In this document: one piece after another, positions 12,288-25,439 of the stretch
How positions within the stretch are numbered: position 1 is the stretch's first letter
Layout of the letters: each line of letters starts with the position of its first letter
Source of the DNA: Octopus sinensis
Taxonomy: Eukaryota
Assembly: GCF_006345805.1 (NCBI RefSeq)
Contig: NC_042998.1
Location: forward strand, 188,728,001-188,792,000
Reading direction: 5' to 3'
DNA: 64,000 nucleotides
Program-made: the position numbers and the translations under genes
Notes under the pieces: model-generated
Seen by the model: only the letters and a program-made list of their open reading frames with translations
Databases searched by the model: none
Told to the model about the DNA's origin: nothing

Positions 12288-12683
12288 TTAAACTTAAATA
12301 TTGAAGTGAATCGATCGGCTTTTGTGTGTTTCTTAAATGGCTTACAAACAACTTCCACGCTGCAATTGTTTATGAATACCGGGTTTGGATATTCATGCTT
12401 CACGTCAATTCCTCTGCTAAAGTCTTGAGAAAAGGCATAGTACACCCACATCCATTAATCTGCTCGTGGAGGCAAAAAATACTGGGCTACGCTCATGATT
12501 CGGGATCAATAAATCAATTGTTTCTAATACATGTTATAAACAAATGTTTATCTTAGTACGCCCAGTCTTCAGATTATAAATTAAGCTTAGTTCAGCGAGC
12601 AACTACCACCACTGATAGCGTGGAAATATACTTGTGAGGGCAACATTAGGTTCGAATAAATAAATAAACTACTATATTCATTA

Positions 12684-13082
12684 CTAGCAGTATCGCCCGG
12701 CGTTGCTCGGACTTGTAAGGGAAATAACTATATAAGCCTTTTTAGAGAGTTATAGCCAAAAAATAGCAAATAAAAATGCATTAAAAATGGGAAAAAAATT
12801 ATGGTAAATTTTTTTTTAAATCGTTGACTCATCGTAGACATTTTTAGAGAGTTGCTTCCCTTATATAATAGCGAAAAAATGCATTAAAATGAAAAAAATG
12901 ATGGTAAATTATTTTTAAAATCGTAGACTCATTGTAGACGCGTGCTAATACCCAGAAGGGCTCTATATGAATCACGACTATAAGATACCCGCTTTTGGTT
13001 ACACTGCACCGCAAAATGTGGGAGTAGTTAGGAATCTAAATCATAGGAGACAGACACACAACTTGACTTTTATATATAAAGA
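12684..13082 (-). mobile_element. Non-autonomous Helitron, subfamily A
   Basis: Same termini and interior as 5978-6380. Confidence 0.85.
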
Positions 13083-13384
13083 TAACATTTTCCAAACGTA
13101 CATTCCTACGTATCTATACATAATACATACATGCATACACACATACGCTCACACATACACATACACCCGCACAAATACATACATACATGGTGATTGCTTC
13201 ATCTTTGCAGGCGATTGCCATCTCTCAATGTACCGCCATCAACCATCATCAGCTCCAAACGTCCGTCCATGACCCCTTAGGTGGCTTTTAAGTCCAGCAT
13301 TAGATTTGCGCGGTCTGCAGCAAACGTGAGACAGAAAAGATATGACCTCTATTGGATTTATTCGGTCAGCTTGTGGGATGTCAT

Positions 13385-13619
13385 TGAAGGCGGTGAGCTG
13401 GCGGAAACGTTAGCACGCCGGGCGTAATGCGTAGCCGTATTTCGTCTGCCGCTACGTTCTGAGTTCAAATTCCGCCGAGGTTGACTTTGCCTTTCATCCT
13501 TTCGGGGTCGATTAAGTAAGTACCAGTTACGTACTGGGGTCGATATAATCGACTTAATCCGTTTGTCTGTCCTTGTTTGTCCCCTCTATGTTTAGCCCCT
13601 TGTGGGTAGTAAAGAAATA
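13385..13619 (+). mobile_element. SINE family A
   Basis: Full-length copy; TSD ggatgtcat. Confidence 0.9.
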
Positions 13620-13730
13620 GGATGTCATCCTTATGTACCTTTAAATACCTTTAAAGACCAGATATTGATTTGCAGATGCTGTCTCACCTAGCATTGGAGT
13701 TGGCTTTTTATGTGATACACACATACATAC

Positions 13731-14091
13731 ATGACGATGGCTGCCCCCTCGTTATCGAGTATGGTCATTGCACGAAGCTTAACTGTTATTGATGCTGTGA
13801 TCGAATGTGACTTTTATTTGCTTTTTAAGGCTACAGCCAGCCATTCAGTTGAGACTCACAGCACCATCAACAATCATGAACAATGTTGTTATCGTGCAAT
13901 GCCTTTACAAGAAGATTGTTTTTGAAGTGAGGAAAGGCTGTGCATTGAGTCAATCCCACTCACTAAGCAACAGCAGCCATAATCCGAAAAGAAGAACAAG
14001 TCAACATCATCGGTAACCACTGAGCCGCAGATTTTATGTCGGAGTTACCTGAGTTACCATTGGGAGTGAAGGACTCCTAGCCTTTGTTAGG
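13731..14091 (-). mobile_element. 5'-truncated non-coding retroposon with a terminal 35-nt inversion
   Basis: Homologous to 23674-23950; 14057-14091 is the exact reverse complement of 23916-23950; flanked by CATA repeats. Confidence 0.75.
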
Positions 14092-15194
14092 ACATACATA
14101 CATACATACAAACATACATACATTCATGCATACATACATACATACATACATACATACATACATACATAATGCATACATGCATACATACATACATACATAC
14201 ATACATACATACATACATACATACATACATACATACATACATACATACATACTGCCTAAATACCAATCTTGAGAAATTGAGCTTTTCAAAATCAGAAGGG
14301 AGATAGCTGGTACGAAGACTACAGATCCAGTCCATCACTAGAACTGTAAACATTTTCTCGAAGTTTATCATTTAAGTATATATGAGCATGTCTAGACATG
14401 CAACTATATACATGAGAATACATACATAAAACAAAACATACAAATCTGTACACACACATACAACCATACACACCTACGCTATTAATTTCGTTCTTGTTTG
14501 AATGTGTACACATCATTGTGGAATCTCGTATGTTTTGACGTCAAACTTGGTCGACGGGGTTGTAAATTCACGGCGTTGAGGATTCATAATTTTGTGTATA
14601 TATATATATATTCTCTGAATCATGTGATGTCATGAATATGTGTAATGCACATTTATCTGTGTAATGAGGAATTTCAGCTCAAGTTTATGGAGGCATGTGT
14701 CATTTATGCATGCCCCTCTACGAATAAATAGTTGATATCCAGAGAAAAACTTATTCAGGCTGAAGGGTTGGCAGTGTAGGTGGGATGGGGTCATGCTTGA
14801 AATTTCGAAGTATGAAATATTGCTTGTTCGTGCAGGGGGAGAAAGTTTCTTCCTTAATGGAATTGTCTCCCAGGATCTGTATATTTATTTGTTTAGCCCC
14901 AAATCCCGTACAGTCCCCTGTAGCTTCGTATATTTTCCCCAAAATGGAGACGTGTATCAACGTCTCCTGTGGCAGGCTTAGTAATTGCTGAAAAATCTTA
15001 TCTTAACATGAAACCAATGGTAGCCTTATTAACTCACAAATAAAATGCGTGTGTGTGTGTGTGTGTGTTTTGTGTGTTTGAAAATATGTCTTAAACTAAT
15101 CAGTGCGCGAAGATGGTAATTAAGCATAACATATCGAAATGTTTATAAAATATTTATTAACACATTAAAGCAGTCACTTCTGACATGCAAGGGG

Positions 15195-15541
15195 ATAGAC
15201 GACTAACAGAAGAGGATGCCCCCTTCGGTCATGAATGACCATGGGATTGCACATAGAGAGTTACCCTCCGAGGCACAAGTCCGGGCAAAGTTGTTTTTCT
15301 TTTATAGTCGCCCATGCATACCACCATCCCCTCTCCACATCACTGATATAATCCAAGGAAAAGGCAAAGGCTGATACAGCTTGGCACCAGTGATGTCGCT
15401 ACTCATTTCTACAACTGAGTTAACTGGAGCAACGTGAAATAAGGTGTTTTGCTCAAGAACACAACACCCAGCCCGGTTCGGATATCGAACTCACCACCTC
15501 ACGATCGTAAGCTCGATGCTCTAACCACTGAGCCATGCGCC
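15195..15541 (-). mobile_element. tRNA-derived SINE, family D
   Basis: Head GGCGCATGGCTCAGTGGTTAGAGCATC...GAGTTCGATATCC, followed by a GTTCTTGAGCAAAACAC body. Confidence 0.75.
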
Positions 15542-15752
15542 TAAGGACGACTAACAAGTGTTTCTTTTATGAGGGATTGCACACAAACTGAATGTGAGCT
15601 AAAATATTTTCAAATTATGTGTGGACTTATACAACTAAACGTGAATGTGGATGTCTATGTGCAAAACACACACAAATTTTAACGCATATAAATATGTGTA
15701 CTTGTGTATGTGTGTGCGTGTGTGGGTATGTGTGTACGAGTGATGTGTGTGT

Positions 15753-15808
<56 letters not shown>

Positions 15809-16442
15809 AAGAGAGAGAGAGTGCATGTGTGTAATCTAAAATATTAATGGAGGTAGATTAGCTGGAAAGCTGGAAGTAATTCGTATCCCGGTAACTCTGT
15901 ATCCAAAGACTAAACAACCAAATATAACGCGTTTTAGAATGTAATTTGTTTTCTATTATATTTGAATTAAACTTTAGATTAACAATTGAAGGATATGGGA
16001 CAAAAGAATTAACTAGGATTAAATCGTTAAAATATTCATAGTTATAACAGAAATAACATCACTAGTATCTAAGGTTTGATGTTAGATTTTTTTCCTGTCA
16101 TAGGCGTAGCTGCGTGGTAAGGAGTTTGCTTCCTAACCAAATTGCTCCGGGTTCAAGTCCTACTGCGTGGCACCTTGGACATGTGTCTTCTACTATATCC
16201 TCGGACCAACTAAAAAACTTTTAAGTGAATTTATTAGGCAGAGACTGAAAGAAGCCCGTCGTATATATATATATGTGTGTGTGTTTGTCCCCCTGACATA
16301 GCGGTTCGGTAAAAGAGATTGTTGTTGGAATAAATGTCAGGCTTAAAAAAAAAAAATAGACAAAAAATTCTTCATGGCAGTGCTCCTGCTTGGCCGCAGT
16401 CTAATGATTGTAACAAATAAAGGATAAACGTTATACGATAAA

Positions 16443-16675
16443 AGGCGGCGAACTGGCAGAAACGTTAGCACGCCGGGCGAAATGCGTAGCCGTATTTCGT
16501 CTGCCGTTACGTTCTGAGTTCAAATTCCGCCGAGGTTGACTTTGCCTTTCATCCTTTCGGGGTCGATAAATTAAGTACCAGTTGCGCACTGGGGTCGATG
16601 TAATCGACTTAAGCCCTTTGTCTGTCCTTGTTTGTCCCCTCTATGTTTAGCCCCTTGTGGGTAGTAAAGAAATAA
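16443..16675 (+). mobile_element. SINE family A
   Basis: Full-length copy; TSD gttatacgataaa. Confidence 0.9.
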
Positions 16676-16919
16676 GTTATACGATAAACTCAAAATAGAT
16701 CAATGTTACAGTTATCAATTAAGCATAAAGCACCACCACCATCAGAACGAATTGCATAAAGATAACCAGAAATCTAAGCAAGCAATAAAGTAACATGACT
16801 ACAATATCTATAGATATAAATATAATTGGCGTGACTATGCTGTAACTAGAATGAAGGGGCAATCAAAACCTCGCGAACACACAAACACACACACACAAGA
16901 CGTATTCAATGCGCATATG

Positions 16920-16974
<55 letters not shown>

Positions 16975-16975
16975 T

Positions 16976-17279
16976 ATCACCGTGACCGACCAGACCATCA
17001 GATGTTGCTACACATCGCTGGTCACAATGCGCTTCGCATTGTTTTTAGCCTTCAAATGACGCCACCCCGGTGGCTAAGCGGGCAGGCCAACAGAAGAAAG
17101 AGTGAGAGAAAGTTGTGGCGAAAGAGTACAGCAGGGATCGCCACCACCCCCTGCCGGAGCCCCGTGGCGCTTTTATGTGTTTTCGCTCAATAAACACTCA
17201 CAAGGCCCGGTCTGGGAATCGAAACCGCGATCCTACGACCGCGAGTCCGCTGCCCTAACCACTGGGCCATTGCGCCTCC
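16976..17279 (-). mobile_element. SINE family C, alternative 3' end
   Basis: Same head and 5' body as 3074-3451, unrelated 3' half. Confidence 0.85.
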
Positions 17280-17312
17280 ACATATACATCTAAATATATA
17301 CATATATCTGTA

Positions 17313-17349
<37 letters not shown>

Positions 17350-17378
17350 GCACGCATGCACACGGAGAAACAGATAGG

Positions 17379-17438
<60 letters not shown>

Positions 17439-18344
17439 CAGACATACGTATATATCCACGTGTGATTGTACATATATATTCATTTATGTGTTTGTGTGTT
17501 CGTGTATATATGTAAGTACGAGCATATGATTTTCCGTCTCATATGCAAATACGTTTTGTCTTGTCTAACATAATTTTGTTTAAATTTATATTTAGCTTCA
17601 CATATTACTCTAAACATCTGACCACTCTTAGGAAACATTAACAGAACATAAAATCGAAATATTTAACGTTTTGAATCATTCATTTGCGTATGACAGCATC
17701 TCTGGGGAAGATTTGTTTTCTGAATAGACAAGTATCTTTCAATAATTGCTATTTCAATCTATATTTTATTGGCATTTTGAAATTTTTTTAGTTTGAAGTT
17801 AATCAAAAGATTCCATTCGGGTTAAATTAAATTCACTTTGCGTCGTCAAAATCTGAAAACTGTATCGTGCAAAGTTGAAAGTTACCGGAAACACGTTTTA
17901 TATGGTAAGTGATTTATATTCTGCCGCGACCCTAACTGAATCCATTGTCGAGGTGTTTTATTGCAACAGATCCGTATACAGAGCTGCAAGCAGACAACAC
18001 AAGAAGGAAATAAACTGCACTGTAACCAACGGCTGTACAGTAAAATCGATAAGGATTTCGTTAATTAGGATTGGATTATGATGGAACTGGCAAAACAAAA
18101 CACGAAATGAATAACTGCAATGTTCCATGCATTTTAAGCAATATTTAGTTACTCATGAAACTTCTTTGAATGTGCAGTTTCATCATGATCTAATGTGTTA
18201 CAATTTCATAAACCGTAAGAATTGATACCGGCTTTCAATTTGTCGTGAAATAAGTATCTGTATAATACTAAGATTGACCAAATCAACGGTTTAGTCCCCA
18301 ACAGACTGTATGACTTTATGCTCATAAAACTATAAAATTATATT

Positions 18345-18509
18345 GTGGCTGTGTGGTAAGTAACTTGCTAACCAACCACATGATTCCGGGTTCAGTCCCA
18401 CTGCGTGGCACCTTGGGCAAGTGTCTTCTACTATAGCCTCGGGCCGACCAAAGCCTTGTGACTGGATTTGGTAGACGGAAACTGAAAGAAGCCCGTCGTA
18501 TATATGTGT

Positions 18510-18545
<36 letters not shown>

Positions 18546-18778
18546 CGCGTGTGTGTGCTTGTGTGTCTGTGTTTGTCCCCCTAGCATTACTTGACAACCG
18601 ATGCTGGTGTGTTTATGTCCCCGTTACTTAGCGGTTCGGCAAAAGAGACCGATAGAATAAGTACTGGGCTTACAAAAGAATAAGTCCCGGGGTCGAGTTG
18701 CTCGACTAAAGGCGGTGCTCCAGCATGGCCGCAGTCAAATGACTGAAACAAGTAAAAGAGTAAAAGAGTAAGAGAGTA
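18345..18778 (+). mobile_element. SINE family B
   Basis: Near full-length copy. Confidence 0.9.
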
Positions 18779-18789
18779 TACAAAGCCTC

Positions 18790-19070
18790 CGTAACACCAG
18801 TCGATAATATTCTGAGAAACGATACGAACCTAAAGGCCAATCAATTCAAACAACGATTTAGACAGCACGTGCACTCCTTCAGATGCCGAAACAGAAAAAA
18901 AACTCCTCTTCTCTGTTTTACTTCACCCAGGGCAAGAAAACGAATTCCCTAACTTCAGATGCAGGATCTCATGAGACCCCTTTTCCGATGATCACCAGTC
19001 TTGCCTACACAGCAACCAGAAGAGTTGCGCAAAACACGAACTGGATAAACTTGACACCTTCAGACGGTTA
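18790..19070 (+). mobile_element. Penelope-like GIY-YIG endonuclease C-terminal fragment
   Basis: FKQRFRQHVHSFRCRNRKNSSSL resembles the FKxRxxxHxxSF motif. Confidence 0.5.
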
Positions 19071-19124
19071 GCTTGACCATATGAAGGAATGAATCTCCAT
19101 CTTGTCAACAGCTACACATGGTAG

Positions 19125-19473
19125 GGAGGCGCAATGGCCCAGTGGTTAGGGCAGCGGACTCGCGGTCGTAGGATCGCGGTTTCGATTCCCAGACCGGGCG
19201 TTGTGAGTGTTTATTGAGCGAAAACACCTAAAGCTCCACGAGGCTCCGGCAGGGTGTGGTGATCCCCGCTGTACTCTTTCACCACAACTTTCTCTCACTC
19301 TTACTTCCTGTTTCTGTTGTACCTGTATTTCAAAGGGCCGGCCTTGTCACACTCTGTGTCACGCTGAATATCCCCGAGAAAAACGTTATGGGTACACGTT
19401 AATTTCACGAGCAGGCTGTTCCGTTGATCAGATCAACCGGAACCCTCGTCGTCGTAACCGACGGAGTGCTTCC
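19125..19473 (+). mobile_element. SINE family C
   Basis: TSD acacatggtag at 19114-19124 and 19476-19486; internal deletion between tacacgt repeats. Confidence 0.9.
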
Positions 19474-20103
19474 TCACACATGGTAGACCCACTGGTGACG
19501 CTAGACTATCCGTTCCGGCACATGAATAAACAAACAGGTGAGGGTCGGGATACCCTCTGTGAGAATGTACTTGACCGAACGACTATAAATTGTAGTCGTG
19601 CGAGTGAGAGACGTAGAGTAGGCGTTAATGCAGAGAGAAGTAAAAGGCTTAAGCCAGAAAAAGGGAAAAGAGTGGGAAGGAAAATAAGGGAAAACTGGGA
19701 GAAGAGAAGAATGTGAAGAATGAAAAGAAAATATACACGATAGATGCTTGGGTGGAGAGAAGGAGGCTGGATTAACGTTATAAGACATAAACCTTTCTGT
19801 AATTAATGTTAGCTATCGAAGATTATTGAAAGGGTGATGGTGGGGGTGTTTCTGAAAGCTGACGGCAAGTTGATTGACACAGAGAGGCGATAGATAGAGA
19901 AAGTAAGATTAATAATACTAGAGAAAGCTTAGGAGGATAATGCTATAGCCTCGGATTGACCAAAGCCTTGTGAGTGAATTTGGTAGACAGAAACTGAAAA
20001 GTAGCCCATCATATATGTGTGCGTGTGTGTGTGTGTGTGCGTGTGTGCATGTGTGTTGTGTGTGTTTGTGTGTGTGTATGTGTGTGTGTATATGTCAGAT
20101 ACC

Positions 20104-20336
20104 TATTTCTTTACTACCCACAAGGGGCTAAACACAGAGGAGACAAACAAGGACAGACAAACGGATTAAGTCGACTACATCGACCCCAGTGCGTAACTGG
20201 TACTTAATTTATCGACCCCGAAAGGATGAAAGGCAAAGTAGACCTCGGCGGAATTTGAACTCAGAACGTAACGGCAGACGAAATACTGCTACGCATTTTA
20301 CCCGGCGTGCTAACGTTTCTGCCAGCTCGCCGCCTT
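20104..20336 (-). mobile_element. SINE family A
   Basis: Full-length copy matching the others. Confidence 0.9.
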
Positions 20337-20552
20337 TGTGTGTTAGATACCACCGCTTGACAAACGATGCTGATGTGTTAACGCCCCTGTAACTTAGCGC
20401 TTCAGCAAAAAAAGCCGATAGTGTAAGTACCAGGTCAAAAAAAAAAAAAAATAGCAGTACTGGGGTTGATACATTTGAGTAAAAATTCTTCAAAGCAGTG
20501 CCTCAGCATGGCCACAGTGTAATTACTCAAGCAAGTAAATGATAAAACATAA

Positions 20553-20623
<71 letters not shown>

Positions 20624-21792
20624 ATAAAAATACATCTACATCTGAACGTATATATATATATATGTACATATTAATACGCATAAAATACATATACATATGT
20701 GAAAGCATACAATCATACATCTATATACGCACACGCATGCCTAAATTGGTTGCCGTTGAAGGGTTTATAGGTTTATACTAATGTTATAAAAAATATGATT
20801 TTCTAAAAATCTAAAGTCCTTGCTATAACGTGCAAAAAAAAAAGGAATATGAAGCACAAAAAATATAATAATATTATAAATTGTAAAAGAATGAATAGAA
20901 CTTGCAAGACCAATGCACAGTTACGTTAAAGCAACTCATGCAGTGGTGTCTAATTTCACGATACATCACGTACTGATCGCTACACATGTCCAGTTGGTTA
21001 ATTCTGAACTGAGGAACTTGCCTGCAAACACTCTGCATTACATATCAATGGGACCACGACTCGCCTGCATTCATTTTTTCGGCATACATCCACAAGCTTA
21101 TTATATTATGCCATCTTCTTTTGTATTTCGTTCTCAGTGCACTCTTTTATGAGAAATGAGATTTCTTATAACATTCACTTCATTGGACGTTTCTATTCGC
21201 ACCGCCACCGCGTCTCGTCTCAGCATGTTAAAGCGACAGTTTTCGGGAACTTCAACTGTTTCACCGCGGCACCTTTCAGCTTCCAGCGTTTTGTTGTCTC
21301 AAACACGCCGAAGAAGTACCCGATATTAACTTCTCCCCAGTCCTGGTGGCAAAGGCTATGATCTTACCCAGGAATTTTGGACAGTTGCTAATAATTTAAG
21401 CAGTCTCTTCTCAAACACAGGGGGAAAGCCAGCTGTTTCACTTTTATCCCGCAAAACATATTGAGTGGACTTTGCAGAACAATCTTAGACAATGTGAGTT
21501 AAGATTTTTATTCGATGCTGCTGCTCGGATTTCGAAGGTTCAGGCCATGAAACTTTACGCTACACCATTTCCTTCTATCACTTCGAAGTCCTCCACTGTC
21601 GCATTCGAAACATTCCGCTATAAATTTGGAAATAATTGGTCGCAGCGCTTCTGCTCCGGTATTTGCTTCGTGAGTCGACATGAGTCCGTTAGAAGGGTGG
21701 ATCGCTTTCTAACCCCTATTTTTATATGCCTCCTATGTAATTGAACATGTCGCAACGTCGTAATGAACTTCCATATCACACTCCCCACTCAC

Positions 21793-22099
21793 TTGAAGGC
21801 GTCCGGTGGGTGAACAAAGCCGTGATGTCCTTCTCCCAAATCCACTTCCCAACTGGCGGAAACGCCCGGGCAGGCATCTGAAGACCTGGGCTACGACGAT
21901 CAAGGAGGACCTCTCCGTGTTCACGGGTCCGCAGGTGGTCGGCCTGCACCGATGCAACCGTGACTGGCTCGCTATCTCCAGTGAACTGGCGCAGGACCGT
22001 CGTGCGTGAGCTGCCATGGTTCGAGATGCCTCGAGGGTGGTAGAAGAAGCCGACTCAACCCGCCCAGCGTGAATGTCGCCACAAGTACAAGTAAGTAAG
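21793..22099 (+). mobile_element. 5'-truncated RTE-clade LINE 3' end
   Basis: ORF ...WRKRPGRHLKTWATTIKEDL (RTE C-terminus), (CAAGTA/AAGT) tail, TSD tccccactcac at 21782-21792 and 22100-22110. Confidence 0.88.
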
Positions 22100-22384
22100 T
22101 CCCCACTCACGTGCTTCATTGAACTGTCGTCACAAGCTCTTCAGTTGCTCCCTAAGCTAGTGGAGGAAAATGGTGGTAGTTGTATGAAAAAAAAAAATGT
22201 TCAGTTGCAACGTTGGGAAAAGCTGCTCGAAAAATAGAACGAACGACTTCGTTATACAAGGCTCACACCATTTCCTTGCTAGCTTGGGTTAACATTACCG
22301 ATTGTCCGAAGTGGATCATGCTATTTCGAAACTCAGACGATGCAGGAATTGCAGAATTCTTCCTTCGAACATGATTGGTTCCCG

Positions 22385-22479
22385 CATGCATTTCATACAT
22401 ACATACATACATACATACATACTACATACATATACACATACATATACACATACATGCATTTCATACATACATACATACA

Positions 22480-22511
<32 letters not shown>

Positions 22512-22527
22512 CACATACATACATACA

Positions 22528-22559
<32 letters not shown>

Positions 22560-22567
22560 CACATACA

Positions 22568-22599
<32 letters not shown>

Positions 22600-22615
22600 C
22601 ACATACATACATACA

Positions 22616-22647
<32 letters not shown>

Positions 22648-22711
22648 CACATACATATACATACATACATACATACATACATACATACATACATACATAC
22701 ATACACATACA

Positions 22712-22743
<32 letters not shown>

Positions 22744-22744
22744 C

Positions 22745-22775
<31 letters not shown>

Positions 22776-23111
22776 CACATACATACATACATACATACAT
22801 CCATCCATACATACATACATACATACATACATACATACATACATACATACATACATCCATACATACATACATCCATACATCCATACATACATACATACAT
22901 ACATACATCCATACATCCATCCATACATACATACATACATACATACATACATACATACATACATACATACATACATTACATACATTACATACATACACAC
23001 ATACATACATACATACATACATACATACATACATTACATACATACATACATACATACATACATTACATACATACATACATCCATACATACATACATACAT
23101 ACATACATACA

Positions 23112-23142
<31 letters not shown>

Positions 23143-23425
23143 CATACATACATTACATACATACATACATACATACATTACATACATACATACATACATA
23201 CATTACATACATACATACATACATCCATACATCCATCCATACATACATACATACATACATACATACATCCATACATACATACATACATACATACATACAT
23301 TACATACATACATACACACATACATACATACATACTACATACATACATACATTACATACATACATACATACACATACATTACATACATACATACATCTAC
23401 ATACATACATACATACATACATACA

Positions 23426-23456
<31 letters not shown>

Positions 23457-23673
23457 CATACATACATTACATACATACATACATACATACATTACATACA
23501 TACATACATACATACATACATCCATCCATCCATCCATACATACATACATACATACATACATACATACATACATACATACATACATACATACATACATACA
23601 TACGTACATACATACATACATACATACATACATACATACATACATACATACATACATACATACATACATACAT
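22385..23673. repeat. ~1.3-kb (CATA)n tetranucleotide array
   Basis: Direct reading; produces the spurious 472-490 aa ORFs. Confidence 0.99.
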
Positions 23674-24214
23674 GGTGGCTGCCCCCTCGTTACCGAGTAT
23701 GGCCATTGCACGAAGCTTAATCAATGTTGTTATCGTGCAATGCCTGTGCAAGAAGATTTTTTTTTAATTGCAGAAAGGCTGTGCACTGAGTCAATCCCAC
23801 TCACTAAGCAACAGCAGCAGAAAAGAACAAGTCAAAATCATCGGTAACCACTGAGCCGCAGGTTTTATGTCGGAGTTATCCCAGTTACCTGAGTTACCTT
23901 CTCCTAGAAGGATGCCCTAACAAAGGCTAGGAGTCCTTCACTCCCAATGGTTTAACCGCGCGATCGGGTATTCAGTCCGATTATTTCTACGTCCCCGTGC
24001 ATGATACAGCCTTAAGACATTTACTGGATGGCCGTTGACTCTCAAGAGTTCCTCTGCGCTTTGACGGGTTTTGTTTTTCATCCCGCAGGGTGTCCAATAA
24101 ACGCCCTCCTCACCAAGCAAGCTTGGTGGAGTTGCCGGTTTAGTCGCCGACGACCCGACCATGCGACAGATTGTACTGGGTTACATGTTACCAGTAGCAC
24201 TCAAATGTGACCTA
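23674..24214 (-). mobile_element. Non-autonomous RTE-like retroposon embedded in (CATA)n arrays
   Basis: Second, longer copy of the 13731 element, (CATA)n on both sides; the RTE affiliation is inferred from a UTR-like AGGAGAAGGTAACTC...AAACC motif. Confidence 0.6.
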
Positions 24215-24237
24215 ACATACATACATACATACATACA

Positions 24238-24270
<33 letters not shown>

Positions 24271-24345
24271 GCATGCATGCATACATATATATAAATACAT
24301 ATATATAAATACCTATATACATGCATACAAATATGTTTACGTGTA

Positions 24346-24391
<46 letters not shown>

Positions 24392-24769
24392 TGTGTGTAT
24401 GTGTTTGTGCGTGTGTGTTTGTGTGTGTGTACAACTTTTACAAGCAAGAAAAGCGGTGTGCGTGTGTGTGTCCCCCATCACTGCTCGGCAAGCGGTGTTG
24501 GTTTGTTTACGTCCTAGTAACTTAACGGTTCGGCAAAAGAAGCAGATAGAGTAATAATAATAATGATAATAATAATAATAATAAATATGTGGTCTGGAGC
24601 GGGTATTGAGTTCTTTTCTATGACTAAACACAAAAAACAAACACGAGTATCTCTTTCTGTCTCTCTCTCTATATATATGCATACATATATAGATAGATAT
24701 ATTACACATACACACATACACACACAAGCACATACTAGGCTTCAAAGGGAGTTATATATCTTTTACTCT

Positions 24770-24959
24770 TTTTATCTTTTTTTTCAGTTATTAGACTGCT
24801 GCCATGCTGGGGCACTACCTTGAGGAATTTTTAGTCGAATGAATCAACCCCGGTACTCAGTTTTTTAAAGCATGGCACTTACTCTATCTGCTTCTTTTGC
24901 CAAACCGTTAACTTACTAGGACGTAAACAAACCAACACCGCTTGCCGAGCAGTGGTGGG

Positions 24960-25003
<44 letters not shown>

Positions 25004-25208
25004 TTTCAGGATTAAATAAAAAGAAATCAAACGGAAAATATATATATTTGCGACGGGCTTCTTTCAGTTTTCGTCCATCGAATCCACTCGCAAGGCATTG
25101 GTCAGCCCAAGGCTATAGAAGAAGACACTTGCCCAAGGTGCCACGCAGTCAAATCGAACCCAGAGCTATGTGGTTGAAAAGCAAGCTTCATACAACACCG
25201 CCACGCCT
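24770..25208 (-). mobile_element. SINE family B, diverged
   Basis: Reverse complement of family B with an internal (CA)n tract. Confidence 0.8.
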
Positions 25209-25439
25209 ACGCCTTTTAAATTTCATCATTAAACTGAAGGACTACTCAATACGTTTTCGTCAAGTTCGTAATTATTAATTATTAACAAGGAAGAGGTTGA
25301 CAATGACTTCGAAGCATCAGCTTGCTCACTGTTAACAGACTGTCCGAAGGCGATGAGCAATACGAAGCTTTAAAGCCATTGTGAAACCTTTCTTTGTAAG
25401 AATTTATGTGTCTGTGTGTGTGTTATTTTATTCTATTAC

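Larger units (their letters stand above)
12029..12368. mobile_element. Hammerhead-bearing retroelement insertion with fold-back
   Basis: 14-bp TSD tttatgaataccgg at 12015-12028 and 12369-12382; 139-bp inverted arms 12080-12218 and 12233-12371 with about 4 mismatches and a 14-nt loop. Confidence 0.8.

Noticed and set aside
17885-17990. Minus-strand acceptor/donor pair encoding LCIRICCNKTPRQW..., and a plus-strand gtaagt donor
   Set aside because: Peptide is unrecognisable and the phase does not fit the 11870 exon.
20900-21700. Possible decayed piggyBac-like transposase (minus-strand CMSCFNVTVHWSC)
   Set aside because: Only a short cysteine pattern; no TIR, TTAA site or catalytic motif identified.
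22302-23847. 472-490 aa ORFs and similar HTYI/YVCM/IYIY ORFs across the window
   Set aside because: Stop-free translations of (CATA)n, (CA)n and (TA)n arrays; no coding signal.
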